From: an uncultured delta proteobacterium
GTDB lineage: Bacteria > Desulfobacterota > Binatia > UBA9968
Reading direction: 5' to 3'
DNA length: 64,000 bases
Assembly: GCA_963840855.1 (NCBI GenBank)
Contig: CAWJBB010000039.1
Coordinates: forward strand, 32,001-96,000
Shown here: piece after piece, positions 22,190 to 31,280 of the stretch
Layout of the letters: every line of letters begins with the position of its first letter
How positions within the stretch are numbered: the stretch's first letter is position 1
Position numbers and translations under genes: made by a program
The notes under the pieces: generated by a model
The model's input: the letters and a program-made list of their open reading frames with translations, nothing else
Told to the model about the DNA's origin: nothing
The model's database searches: none

Positions 22190-23953
22190 TCAATTGATCG
22201 GCACATCCCCCACCCCTCCCCCTACGACTATTTGCATCCCTCCGCTCGACTTGTTGATAAACCATGTACCATTGCGGTACACGGCGGCGTCTGTGATCCC
22301 GTCCCCATCATAGTCGGCTGGCACCGGTATATCCTCCGGTAACCCTCCCCAACTCACGAATGTCACCCCGCCATCCGAGGACCGGATAATAAACCACGCC
22401 CCGTCTCGGTACACCGCTACATCTGCTTTGCCGTCCCCATCATAGTCGGCTGGCACCGGTATATCCTCCGGTAACCCTCCCCAACTCACGAATGTCACCC
22501 CGCCATCCGAGGACCGGATAACAAACCACGCCCCGTCTCGGTACACCGCTACATCCGCTTTGCCGTCCCCGTCATAATCCTCTGGCACCGCTACATCCTG
22601 CGCTGCTCCGCCCCAACCCACCACCGTCACTCCTCCACCGGAGTTAAGAACAAACCATGCTCCACTGCGATATATCGCTATATCCGCCTTGCCGTCCCCG
22701 TCGTAGTCCGCAGGTACTGGAATGTCCTGTGCTGCTCCGCCCCATCCCACTACCTGCGACATGCTGTCCGACGACCGTAAGATAAACCAGATGCCGTTTC
22801 GGAAGATTGCTACGTCGTTCTTGCCATCGCCATCGTAGTCCGCTTGCACTGGAATATCTTGGGCTGCTCCGCCCCAACCGACTACGGTGTTTCCACCACG
22901 CGAGTTCGAAATGAACCATGCGCCGTTTCGGTATACCGCTATGTCCGTCTTTCCGTCGCCGTCAAAGTCGGCAGGGGTGGGAATCAGGGGAACGCTCGAA
23001 ACGTTCCACCCCAAATCCGCGAATAGTTCCAAGGTGAGCCCAACGTCACGAAGCGGGCCGGTATACGATGGCTCCATCAGTTCGTTGGGGCTCAACGCCG
23101 TGTCGTAATGCGACACGGAGGAACCGGACTGAGCAGGATTCGGCGCGTACATTTGCACATGGCCACTTGGATGACGCCCGGCGGTCAGGCTGCCGCTGCC
23201 GGCGATTACGTTGAAACCCGTCCAGTGCAGGTTCCCCGTGTTGGTGCTGGCGGCAAGGCGCTCTGCATCTGTCATCTGAGGGTATGACTTGCCGGTTGAA
23301 TGATCTTCAAGCAAGCGCATGTAGGCATCATTGAAACCGTTGAGCTTTTGGCCGGTGTTAAGATTTACGAGAGTTAAAAAACCGAGCCCATGCCCTAGCT
23401 CATGGAGCAACACCGTCACGAAGTCGATTTTTCCCGCCGGCGGGCTGGCATCGAGTCCATAATACCAGCCGCTGTTTTGCAGACAGCCAGGGGTGCCAAT
23501 CGTGCTGCTAAATGTAGCACCGATGTCATTCGAGCCTGGACTTAAATCGCCGCCAAAAAGACTATTCGCCAAGGCTTGAACATACCAGGTGCCAGGCACC
23601 GGCGCGCCGGCGAAGTTCCTATGCGATGTGTTCGGGCCGGCGGACCCGAGAACAGCGCTGTTTGCGCTGCATGATAGCGGATCAAAATTTCCTTCGACCC
23701 GAATTTCCACCGGGCTGGTAATGAGACTCGCCCAGATATTCGTGGCGTGCTGAAACGCTATGAGTCGCTGTTGGCCGATGGTAGTACCGGTATTTCCTCC
23801 AACCGGCGCCGCCATGGTGGGATCATTAAAACCTTCGCCGGGGCCGTCGAGGTTGACGGTAATTATCACCGTCCCTCGCGCAGGTTGCGGGAAAGCGAGG
23901 CCGGCCAAGACGACCAGCGCGCTCGCCCAGATGATCAAACACAATTGTCGCAA
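22190..23953 (-). CDS. Secreted zinc metalloprotease (HExxHxxG) with six FG-GAP-like repeats
   Basis: Signal peptide; VLLHELGHGLGF, SSVSH, LMEP; ends GDVPIN*; 132-bp near-identical duplication at 22311/22443. Confidence 0.85.
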   Translation of the reverse strand: MRQLCLIIWASALVVLAGLAFPQPARGTVIITVNLDGPGEGFNDPTMAAPVGGNTGTTIGQQRLIAFQHATNIWASLITSPVEIRVEGNFDPLSCSANSAVLGSAGPNTSHRNFAGAPVPGTWYVQALANSLFGGDLSPGSNDIGATFSSTIGTPGCLQNSGWYYGLDASPPAGKIDFVTVLLHELGHGLGFLTLVNLNTGQKLNGFNDAYMRLLEDHSTGKSYPQMTDAERLAASTNTGNLHWTGFNVIAGSGSLTAGRHPSGHVQMYAPNPAQSGSSVSHYDTALSPNELMEPSYTGPLRDVGLTLELFADLGWNVSSVPLIPTPADFDGDGKTDIAVYRNGAWFISNSRGGNTVVGWGGAAQDIPVQADYDGDGKNDVAIFRNGIWFILRSSDSMSQVVGWGGAAQDIPVPADYDGDGKADIAIYRSGAWFVLNSGGGVTVVGWGGAAQDVAVPEDYDGDGKADVAVYRDGAWFVIRSSDGGVTFVSWGGLPEDIPVPADYDGDGKADVAVYRDGAWFIIRSSDGGVTFVSWGGLPEDIPVPADYDGDGITDAAVYRNGTWFINKSSGGMQIVVGGGVGDVPIN

Positions 23954-23966
23954 GGTCCGGCCGTCT

Positions 23967-24431
23967 TTACTTTTTCTCCGCGCCGGCGGGCGCCCGTGAT
24001 TCGTGTTTGAGCGTCACCTTGCCGTCAGCGTCGATCGTCGCCACTAGAGGCATACGAAAATGGCCCTTGAGATCAATCATAACGCCCCCACCTGGTGTTG
24101 GGCTCGCCACCTCATACAACTCAGGGAGCGGTGCTTTGGCGGCATCGGTTGCCTGCGGCTGCGCAACAGCAGCCGCCGGCTGCTCGGGGAGAAATTCCCC
24201 GGTGGTCGGATCGATATGCACGACGATGCCAGCCGCGTCTTCGCTTGCCATGGGGGCAGGCTTCACAGGATCGGAAGCTCGCGACGTGTCTAGTTGTGGC
24301 TGCTCATTTTGCGAGCTGATCACCGGCTCTTCAACGGCTCTCGGCGCCAGCTTGTTGGCGGCACACCCGCCGGCAAAAACAACCGCCAGAGTCAGCAGTC
24401 CGGCATCGCGCCAGAGTCTTGTTTGTTTCAT
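23967..24431 (-). CDS. Small lipoprotein (IDPxTG...GGVxxDLxGxF..LVAxIDADG; resembles the post-PEP-CTERM-1-type domain)
   Basis: GAGG RBS, lipobox FAGGC, 13-bp gap to the protease gene. Confidence 0.7.
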   Translation of the reverse strand: MKQTRLWRDAGLLTLAVVFAGGCAANKLAPRAVEEPVISSQNEQPQLDTSRASDPVKPAPMASEDAAGIVVHIDPTTGEFLPEQPAAAVAQPQATDAAKAPLPELYEVASPTPGGGVMIDLKGHFRMPLVATIDADGKVTLKHESRAPAGAEKK

Positions 24432-24542
24432 TCTGTTTTTCCTCGGTCCTGCAGCGATACTCTCTTTAATCGGCAAATTCGTCCTCTCTGCCGCGGATTA
24501 CACACTATACACCTATCGCCGGCTCCAAGCACTCCTGCGTAT

Positions 24543-24650
24543 TGAATCATCTAAAATGTAACCCTGAGAGGTATCGTTGACTCATTTAGAATGTAACCCA
24601 CAGATGTTGAGGAATATCAGCAACCGGGGAGGGTTACATTTTCATGAGTG
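24543..24650. repeat. IS-end repeats: two direct and one inverted copy of (A/G)AATGTAACCC with flanking TCAT
   Basis: TGAATCATCTAAAATGTAACCC, TGACTCATTTAGAATGTAACCC, and inverted GGGTTACATTTTCATGAGT overlapping the transposase ATG. Confidence 0.65.
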
Positions 24651-25303
24651 GAAAGTCCAGATGGGATTACCTCAAGGCGATTTACTCACGCTACAAGAAA
24701 GTTTCCAAGCCGCTCAGAGCAAGGATTCTCGACGAGTTCTGTCAGGTTTGCAGCTACAACCGCAAATACGCTATCCGGCTGCTCAATGGTCCAGCGCCGC
24801 AAAAGCCCGAGCTCACAACCGCCAAGGGGCGCCGCCCCACCTATGGTGCGAAAGTCATCTTATCTCTGACGGCCATCTGGGAGGCCGCGGGCTATCCATG
24901 CTCAGCACGGCTCAAAGCTCTCCTACCGTTGTGGCTCCCCTGGGCCATCAAGCGCTTGGCGATTTCGGAGCCAGTTCAAAACCAACTCCTCGCGATCAGC
25001 CCCGCCACCATCGACCGCCGACTCAAGGCCAAAAAGCGCCAACTGAAAAAACGTCTCTACGGGCGCACCAAACCGGGCACGTTGCTCAAGCACCACATTC
25101 CCATCAAAACCGACTCCTGGGATGTCAAAACCCCAGGCTTTACCGAAACCGATCTGGTCTCCCACTCCGGCAACTCCGAAAAGGGCGAGTTCATCCACTC
25201 ACTCAACGTCACCGACATTCATACCACCTGGGTGGAAACTCGCGCCGTAATGGGCAAAGGACAAACCGGAGTGCTTGATGCCATGAAGCAAATCGAACAG
25301 GCC
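24644..25303 (+). pseudogene. 3'-truncated DDE integrase/transposase (rve-like, ISNCY-type)
   Basis: RWDYLKAIYSRY..ILDEFC..YNRKYAIRLL, ISPATIDRRL, PGFTETDLVSH, TDIHTTW; homology stops at ..KQIEQA. Confidence 0.8.
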
Positions 25304-26205
25304 CCTAAGCTAGCAAGATACCGCGAGGCATGTCCGTGGCCTGAGAAAATCGAGTCGATCTCCTCCGCGTGGCTATGAATGAAATCGCCAAGGATTTCGA
25401 GTTGAGGCTTATCGAGCAGCCCATGCCATTGCTCGTTACGAGATAGGTCGACCCGATCCCGCACCTGGTCCCGTTCAATACACGGGATCTCCAGTTTTGC
25501 CGCTAGATCCGCCAGTTCTTTCACCGGATCCGCCAAGACTGCTTCTTCGGCGACTTTTATACGAGATTCGGGCGGCAGACGATTGAAAAAGTCGAACACT
25601 GCGCTGTTCGACTCCAACCAATACTCGGCGATATAGAGAATATTACCGCCGGGGAAAATCCTCTCCGATGAGACAGCCGGGCGAGAATCCAATGAAAAGA
25701 ACGCGTTCCAGCAACGACTTCTGGTCGTCTCCGACGGAAATGGCCACCAATGCCAAGTCTGCTGACGCCGCCAGACATCTGCAAACAGCCGCGCCACGCT
25801 CGCCACGACTTGAGGCAAATCACGCGATATCCATATAAACCTTGCGTCCGGAAAAAGCGCCTTGACGAGCGGCAGTTTGTTACATAGATGAGGGTTCTTG
25901 TTCAAGAACGCCGCCCCTTCAACCTTCCCTGTGCAAGCCGCTATGCGTCGGCGAAAGGTTTCTGTCAAAGCTTCTCTTTGTCCGGTTTGAATACCATCCG
26001 AGGAAATTTCCGGGCAGGTGGAATCCCGCGTCTTCGGTGATGCCATAGGGACTCCTGCAACTTCAGACCAGACGTCTTTCAATTCAAATGGGCAGTGGGC
26101 TATGTAGGGTGACTGGCCCAACAACTCAGCCAGCATTGTCGTGCCGCTGCGCATCGTGCCGATGAGAAAAATCGGCCTGTGGATCGGCGGTCTTTGCTTG
26201 GGCAT
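25219..26205 (-). CDS. Sulfotransferase-family protein (native 3' end replaced by IS sequence)
   Basis: PIFLIGTMRSGTT, KNPH, LFPDARFIWISRD..VVAS. Confidence 0.8.
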   Translation of the reverse strand: MPKQRPPIHRPIFLIGTMRSGTTMLAELLGQSPYIAHCPFELKDVWSEVAGVPMASPKTRDSTCPEISSDGIQTGQREALTETFRRRIAACTGKVEGAAFLNKNPHLCNKLPLVKALFPDARFIWISRDLPQVVASVARLFADVWRRQQTWHWWPFPSETTRSRCWNAFFSLDSRPAVSSERIFPGGNILYIAEYWLESNSAVFDFFNRLPPESRIKVAEEAVLADPVKELADLAAKLEIPCIERDQVRDRVDLSRNEQWHGLLDKPQLEILGDFIHSHAEEIDSIFSGHGHASRYLASLGACSICFMASSTPVCPLPITARVSTQVV

Positions 26206-26244
26206 TTACGGTTCACGAAAACCCGGGCCGTTATGGTTGTCGTT

Positions 26245-27123
26245 TCAGAAACCGCCATTATTGAAACGTAAGCATTGCTCTTTCAGCAATCGATCATTGA
26301 ACTGTTGGATGCGCCGATTGACGTTGGGGTATGGGGACGGCTCAATCAAACCTCGCTCATCCACCAGCCAGTGATAATGAATGATCACAGGATCGGTATT
26401 GGCGAAAACCGAATCAAGCGGTTCTTCTCTAAGGTGCGCGGGAAAATTCATGTCGTTGCCAAGGACTTGAAACGACGTTCCGGCAGCCGCGACAGCAAGG
26501 CTAAGGCTTGCCTGCTCACAAAAATAACCGCTTCCTTTCAGCAACTCCATCTGCTCGATCAGGCAGGAATTGATTCGAATCCATTCCGGCACCAGCGCTC
26601 GCATCGATTTGCGCGAGAAAGCCAGCACGCCGCTGTTGAAGTACGGAACGGTCCATTCCCCTCGCACAGTACAGCGTTGGTCGGCGGCAGGCAGCGAGAT
26701 TCCAAAGGCAGCGAACACACTCTCAAAGACGTCAGGAGTCGTTGTGGGATGATCCGCGATCTTAGCGAGGAAATCCGCATCCGAGATCAATCCCGTTGGT
26801 TCGCCGACGACAATCGTATCGCTGTCTAATAGCACCACGCGATCTGAATCGCCGGCCTCCGGAAGCTCCAAAAACCGCAGCTTGTTAGATGGTGGGTGGC
26901 GGGTGCTGACCCGCGGCACGACATGCACTTTCGCGCCGTACTCTTCATATAACGCGCGATAGCTGTGATCTATCTCATCAACCACGCATAGGTGAAAATC
27001 AGCCGCAGACATAGAGCCGGCGAACCAGCGCCATGACTGTAACAACCGCAAAGCTTGTTCAAGGTACTTTGCCGTGTTGTCGGCGACACAACCGACAGTT
27101 AAACTTTCGCCAGGATGAGTCAC
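26245..27123 (-). CDS. GT8-like glycosyltransferase
   Basis: LDSDT DxD motif, PYFNSGV, EQ, IIHYH. Confidence 0.7.
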   Translation of the reverse strand: MTHPGESLTVGCVADNTAKYLEQALRLLQSWRWFAGSMSAADFHLCVVDEIDHSYRALYEEYGAKVHVVPRVSTRHPPSNKLRFLELPEAGDSDRVVLLDSDTIVVGEPTGLISDADFLAKIADHPTTTPDVFESVFAAFGISLPAADQRCTVRGEWTVPYFNSGVLAFSRKSMRALVPEWIRINSCLIEQMELLKGSGYFCEQASLSLAVAAAGTSFQVLGNDMNFPAHLREEPLDSVFANTDPVIIHYHWLVDERGLIEPSPYPNVNRRIQQFNDRLLKEQCLRFNNGGF

Positions 27124-27182
27124 TATTCTCTTACCGTTTGATGCGTTGGAAATGATCTACACCGGTCTTTAATACTGAAGCC

Positions 27183-28563
27183 CACTGCTGTCCAAATTAG
27201 CCGGGGTTTAGACTAGTCGCCATTGATTTTACGTCGTATTTGGAAAAGGTTTTTGTCTGTTTAGAACGAGACCCCCGTTGTGCTGTCCGAATTAGACAAA
27301 CGAAAAAGCGTTCTGGCGGTGTATTGCCTCAGCTTGGGCAGGATTCCCAAAGGGTTGGTTCAACCAAGCCCACAAGTCTCGATAGGTGAACAAGTTCATC
27401 CGCAGCAAGGCCACCAGATTGGAAAGCGACCAGGAGAACTTGGACTTAAGCTTAAGATAGCGCAGAACCAGCATGGCAATCAGTGCCGTCCACACTTGAA
27501 TCTTAACCGCATTGGCGGAAGTTCCCACGAAAGTCTTGATCTTGAGGTTCTGCTTAAGCGCTTTGAAAAACAACTCAATCTGCCAGCGGTCCTTATAGAT
27601 GGCGGCAATGGTAGTGGCTGCGAACTGATCGTGATTGGTGAGAAAGACAAGAACCTGTTGTTTTTCCGCGTCCCATACCTCGATTCTCCGCAATGGGTAG
27701 GGACATTTATCCCAGGCTCCCTCACCACTCAAAATAATGATCTGATCCTTTAGGATAGAGCGATTTTTGGGCATCGGGCGATTCTCGATCACTTCATAAA
27801 GGGCGTTGTCCTTCATGCGGGTGACAAAATAGACTCCCTGTTCGCTCCACATACCAAACAAGCGGTAGTCATTATAGCCCCGATCATCCACTACCACCGT
27901 GCCCGGCTCGAAATAAAGCGTGTGAGCCACCTTGACATCATGAACCTTTCCCTCCGTGACCACCGCAAAACAAGGCAGATACCCATCGTGATCCAAAACC
28001 AAGTGCAGCTTGATGGCTCCCTTGGTGCGGCGAAATTGCGCCCAGTCAAAGATGCTGATGCACAGGTCAATCACCGTGGAGTCTAAACTGACCAGCTTGT
28101 TTTTAAAGCGCAACTTCTTTGCGAAGGGTCCCGCTTCGCGACAGCGTTGAAGCAACCCGAAAAATACTTTTTGGTACAGTTCCCAAGGACGATGTCCGTT
28201 AGCATAGGCTAACGAAGAGCGTTTAGGAGCCTCCTCGATCCCTAGATGGGAAAGTTTCCCTTCACAGCTTAAAAGCCCGTTACAGATCTCGCGAAGCGAG
28301 TGGGCACGGCCCAGTTGGCAAAACAGCATGGAGACAAACTGATCCCAACAGCTAAAGCCGCGGGCATGCCTCTCGGCCTTGGTCTCCTTAACCAGCAACT
28401 GAAAGTCGGATAGAGGAAAAAGTTGGAGAATTTGACTGAACATGCTACAGAATCGATTCATGTTGAGCCTCCTTGTTTTTGGTGGGTTGAGTGGATGACT
28501 TAGACATCACCCACATATACACCCACAGGAGGCTCAACTGCTAAAATTAATTTGGAAAGAGTG
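27183..28563 (-). mobile_element. Complete IS4-family element with 9-bp target-site duplication ACTGAAGCC
   Basis: Terminal IRs CACTGCTGTCCAAATTA / TAATTTGGAAAGAGTG; ACTGAAGCC at 27174-27182 and 28564-28572. Confidence 0.9.
27292..28461 (-). CDS. IS4-family transposase (DUF4372 plus DDE_Tnp_1)
   Basis: LDST, KLH, DRGY, YKDRWQIELFFK motifs. Confidence 0.95.
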   Translation of the reverse strand: MNRFCSMFSQILQLFPLSDFQLLVKETKAERHARGFSCWDQFVSMLFCQLGRAHSLREICNGLLSCEGKLSHLGIEEAPKRSSLAYANGHRPWELYQKVFFGLLQRCREAGPFAKKLRFKNKLVSLDSTVIDLCISIFDWAQFRRTKGAIKLHLVLDHDGYLPCFAVVTEGKVHDVKVAHTLYFEPGTVVVDDRGYNDYRLFGMWSEQGVYFVTRMKDNALYEVIENRPMPKNRSILKDQIIILSGEGAWDKCPYPLRRIEVWDAEKQQVLVFLTNHDQFAATTIAAIYKDRWQIELFFKALKQNLKIKTFVGTSANAVKIQVWTALIAMLVLRYLKLKSKFSWSLSNLVALLRMNLFTYRDLWAWLNQPFGNPAQAEAIHRQNAFSFV

Positions 28564-28728
28564 ACTGAAGCCAATAATTGGAGCTTCCAATGGTTCGTGT
28601 GCTATTGCATGGACACGCAGCGTGACCTGTTCACCCCCGACTACCCAAGCAAGCGGACCCTCCTTGCCGAGAAATTCAACGCTGGTAATTTGGGCACCAC
28701 CTTTGCCAAATGACGCAGCTTCGGGATC
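28564..28728 (-). pseudogene. Fragment of an additional wzt copy (start of the C-terminal domain), interrupted by IS4
   Basis: DPEAASFGKGG..WVVGGEQV..PIIGFS continues as IKDR beyond the IS; homologous to the intact wzt at 29922. Confidence 0.8.
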
Positions 28729-29002
28729 GGTACCGTGCTCTTTGTCAGCCACGACACCGGCTCCGTCAAAAACCTTTGCAACCACGCCATCTGGCTAGAA
28801 AAAGGGGAAGTATTACAAGAAGGCACTCCGAAGGATGTATGCGAACTGTACCTGCAAGCATTTTACGAAGCGCAGCAAGGTAAAAGCAGCATCACAAAAC
28901 TAATAGCAACCAAAAACCATGACACCACTCCCCCCCCTAAAAGACCAGCGCCTGGAATTATTAACGCCAGTAATTTGCGCAACGACCTGCAAATTTTCAA
29001 AT
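28729..29002 (+). pseudogene. Inverted fragment of the same wzt copy (end of ATPase domain and linker)
   Basis: GTVLFVSHDTGSVKNLCNHAIWL..IINASNLRNDLQIFK on the opposite strand. Confidence 0.8.
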
Positions 29003-29231
29003 CCACCGAAATATCAACGCCAATGACCTTGCCAGCTCTGCGTGCAAGCATCGCGGAGCCGTAGCCTTCGCCACTGGCAATGTCCAGAACCACCTTGCCG
29101 ACAGCAATTTCACAGGCTTGCAGGTATCGATGCAAATGTTCAAGCTCAATATTACCATGCACCTCCGGCACAAATCGTTCACCGGTAAAAGCGAGCACTT
29201 CGGAATTTGCCTTTTTATGTTTATCGTTCAT
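29003..29231 (-). pseudogene. Truncated SAM methyltransferase N-terminus (glycan-terminator/GT fusion type)
   Basis: FTGERFVP..EHLHRY..VLDIASGEGYG..VIGVDIS then abrupt junction. Confidence 0.8.
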
Positions 29232-29925
29232 TTTTGATAGTCGCTTCAACGGCTAACGCCGTGGGATATTCGAAACTATGAATCCTGGCACTGGTGAAAC
29301 CAGCCTCAATAGCATACCTCCACATATCGGCCCCGAATTCAGTATATACGGTGTTATCGCTATCTTGTTGAGCAGCAGCACCGTGGTAGCTATTCTTTAA
29401 CCCGACCCGAGAGCGGGTCAATCGCCCGACGACAATCGGAACCGTAAATATGCAGCGTCCGGTTTTCACCAACACGCGACGACACTCAGATAGTCCGGCA
29501 ATAGGATCCGGAACATGCTCTAACGTATCAGAGTGAAGTACCAAATCGAAAATCGCCGGCTCGAATGAAAGGTTGGTCATGTCATATTCCGGGTAGCGCA
29601 CTAACTGGTGATTCGGCAACTTCCTTAACACGGAAGTCAATCCTCCGGCTTCATTGATCTCCAACACCTTGAGTGTTTTGGCGAAATCAGATTCGACAAA
29701 TTGACCTAGCGTCCCGCAAAATTCATAGGCAGATAAAATCGCATTGGCGAGCGCCATGGATCTTAAGTTATTGCCGCATGCCGTACAGCAAAAACCTTGT
29801 TGTCGATTGATGTAATCCGCCTCAAGGGACGATAATTGCCAATCGCTTACCAGCTCAGGCCACAAGACTTCTCGAAACAAGAACTCTCCGCCGCCACACA
29901 CCGGGCAAAAAATTACTTTTCTCAT
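29221..29925 (-). CDS. Class I SAM-dependent methyltransferase with N-terminal CxxC pairs
   Basis: CPVC, CTAC, FDLVLHSDTLEHVPD, RVLVKTG. Confidence 0.8.
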   Translation of the reverse strand: MRKVIFCPVCGGGEFLFREVLWPELVSDWQLSSLEADYINRQQGFCCTACGNNLRSMALANAILSAYEFCGTLGQFVESDFAKTLKVLEINEAGGLTSVLRKLPNHQLVRYPEYDMTNLSFEPAIFDLVLHSDTLEHVPDPIAGLSECRRVLVKTGRCIFTVPIVVGRLTRSRVGLKNSYHGAAAQQDSDNTVYTEFGADMWRYAIEAGFTSARIHSFEYPTALAVEATIKNER

Positions 29926-31280
29926 GATCGACTTAACTCAATATTTGTCATCGGAATCCCAATTAGCCCATGGCACACACTGGATGAGTGAACTTTGAAC
30001 GCGATGGCTTCATGAATCCAATGATGCTGAACGTGTTCTGCTTGGGTGCCTTCGGCCACAGCCACCGCGACGGTATAGTCGCCTAGGGGCATGACCGGCA
30101 TCACGAAATCGAACCGTGCTTGAAAACATTCTCCGGCTGTAACCGTTATAGGACGCAGTGCATACGTAAGATAGGTGTTGTCAGCAAACACTACCTGACC
30201 AAGCCGATCTTTCAGCATAAATCCAACAATTGGGCTGAATGCGTGTTGCACTGCACGACACTGAATCCTGAGGCTCACCGGCTCACCACCAACTATCCAA
30301 GATAACGAATTCCCGGCGTCATCAAAGAGGCCCACAGCATCAATAATAAGTCCCCCCTTACCGAAACATGCTCCGTTAGGGTCAAACGAAAACAGTTCTA
30401 TGGCATTGCGATGGTCGGATTGGTTGATTAAATCCGACCGCACGTCCCGTGGTGAGGCTTTACTTATCGAGTTTGGAGTTGGCTCTTTAGGTACCTGCTT
30501 CACGCTCGGGCCTTGCTGGGACTCATAGAGCTTTTCAAGGTACTTCTCAGTTACTTTCTTGGGTACCCCCTGTGCTACTATTTGGCCATTGTGCAACCAA
30601 ATAGCGGTTTGACACAAATTGAGGACGGCACCGGTATCGTGGGTGACGAATAAAACGGTTCCTCGTTCCATAAATTTGCGCAGGAAGCGCGTACATTTCT
30701 GCACGAAAAAAACATCCCCGACGCTGAGTGCCTCGTCAATGACGAGAATGTCAGCATCCACATGAGCGATCACTGCAAAAGCCAGCCGCAATAACATACC
30801 GCTAGAATACGTCTTCACGGGTTGTTCGATGAAATCTCCAATATCCGCAAAGGCAACTATCTCGTCAAAGCGCGCGTTGATTTCTTCCCGCATGAGCCCA
30901 AGGACGGCACCGTTCATGAAAACATTTTCCCGGCCGGTGAATTCCGGATTGAAACCGGAACCCAGTTCCAGGAGAGCCGCTACGCGGCCGTTCGTCTCAA
31001 CTATGCCGCTCGTTGGCGCCAGCGTGCCGCAGATGATTTGCAGCAATGTGGATTTTCCCGAGCCGTTGCGCCCGATGATGCCGATGGTTTCGCCTTTCTT
31101 TACCTCGAAAGAAACATCTTTGAGCGCCCAAAACTCCCGGTAGTATTGCTTAGGCGGCTGGCGGATCAACCGCTGCAATCTCGGAAGCGTGGATTGCTTC
31201 AGACGATCCGGCGGCTTGTCATAAATTTCGTAGAGCTTCGATAATTTGGCCACGCGAACGGCGATTTCCTCAGAGGACAT
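29922..31280 (-). CDS. wzt: Wzt ABC ATPase with C-terminal carbohydrate-binding (Wzt_C) domain
   Basis: GRNGSGKS, YSSGM, IDEALSVGD, plus a C-terminal extension of about 200 aa. Confidence 0.92.
   Translation of the reverse strand: MSSEEIAVRVAKLSKLYEIYDKPPDRLKQSTLPRLQRLIRQPPKQYYREFWALKDVSFEVKKGETIGIIGRNGSGKSTLLQIICGTLAPTSGIVETNGRVAALLELGSGFNPEFTGRENVFMNGAVLGLMREEINARFDEIVAFADIGDFIEQPVKTYSSGMLLRLAFAVIAHVDADILVIDEALSVGDVFFVQKCTRFLRKFMERGTVLFVTHDTGAVLNLCQTAIWLHNGQIVAQGVPKKVTEKYLEKLYESQQGPSVKQVPKEPTPNSISKASPRDVRSDLINQSDHRNAIELFSFDPNGACFGKGGLIIDAVGLFDDAGNSLSWIVGGEPVSLRIQCRAVQHAFSPIVGFMLKDRLGQVVFADNTYLTYALRPITVTAGECFQARFDFVMPVMPLGDYTVAVAVAEGTQAEHVQHHWIHEAIAFKVHSSSVCHGLIGIPMTNIELSRS

Noticed and set aside
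7763-23000. Regularly spaced near-identical DNA repeats as a CRISPR array or DGR template/variable pair
   Set aside because: Repeats are in-frame 42-44-codon protein repeats without unique spacers; no cas or reverse transcriptase gene; no adenine-specific pattern evident by eye
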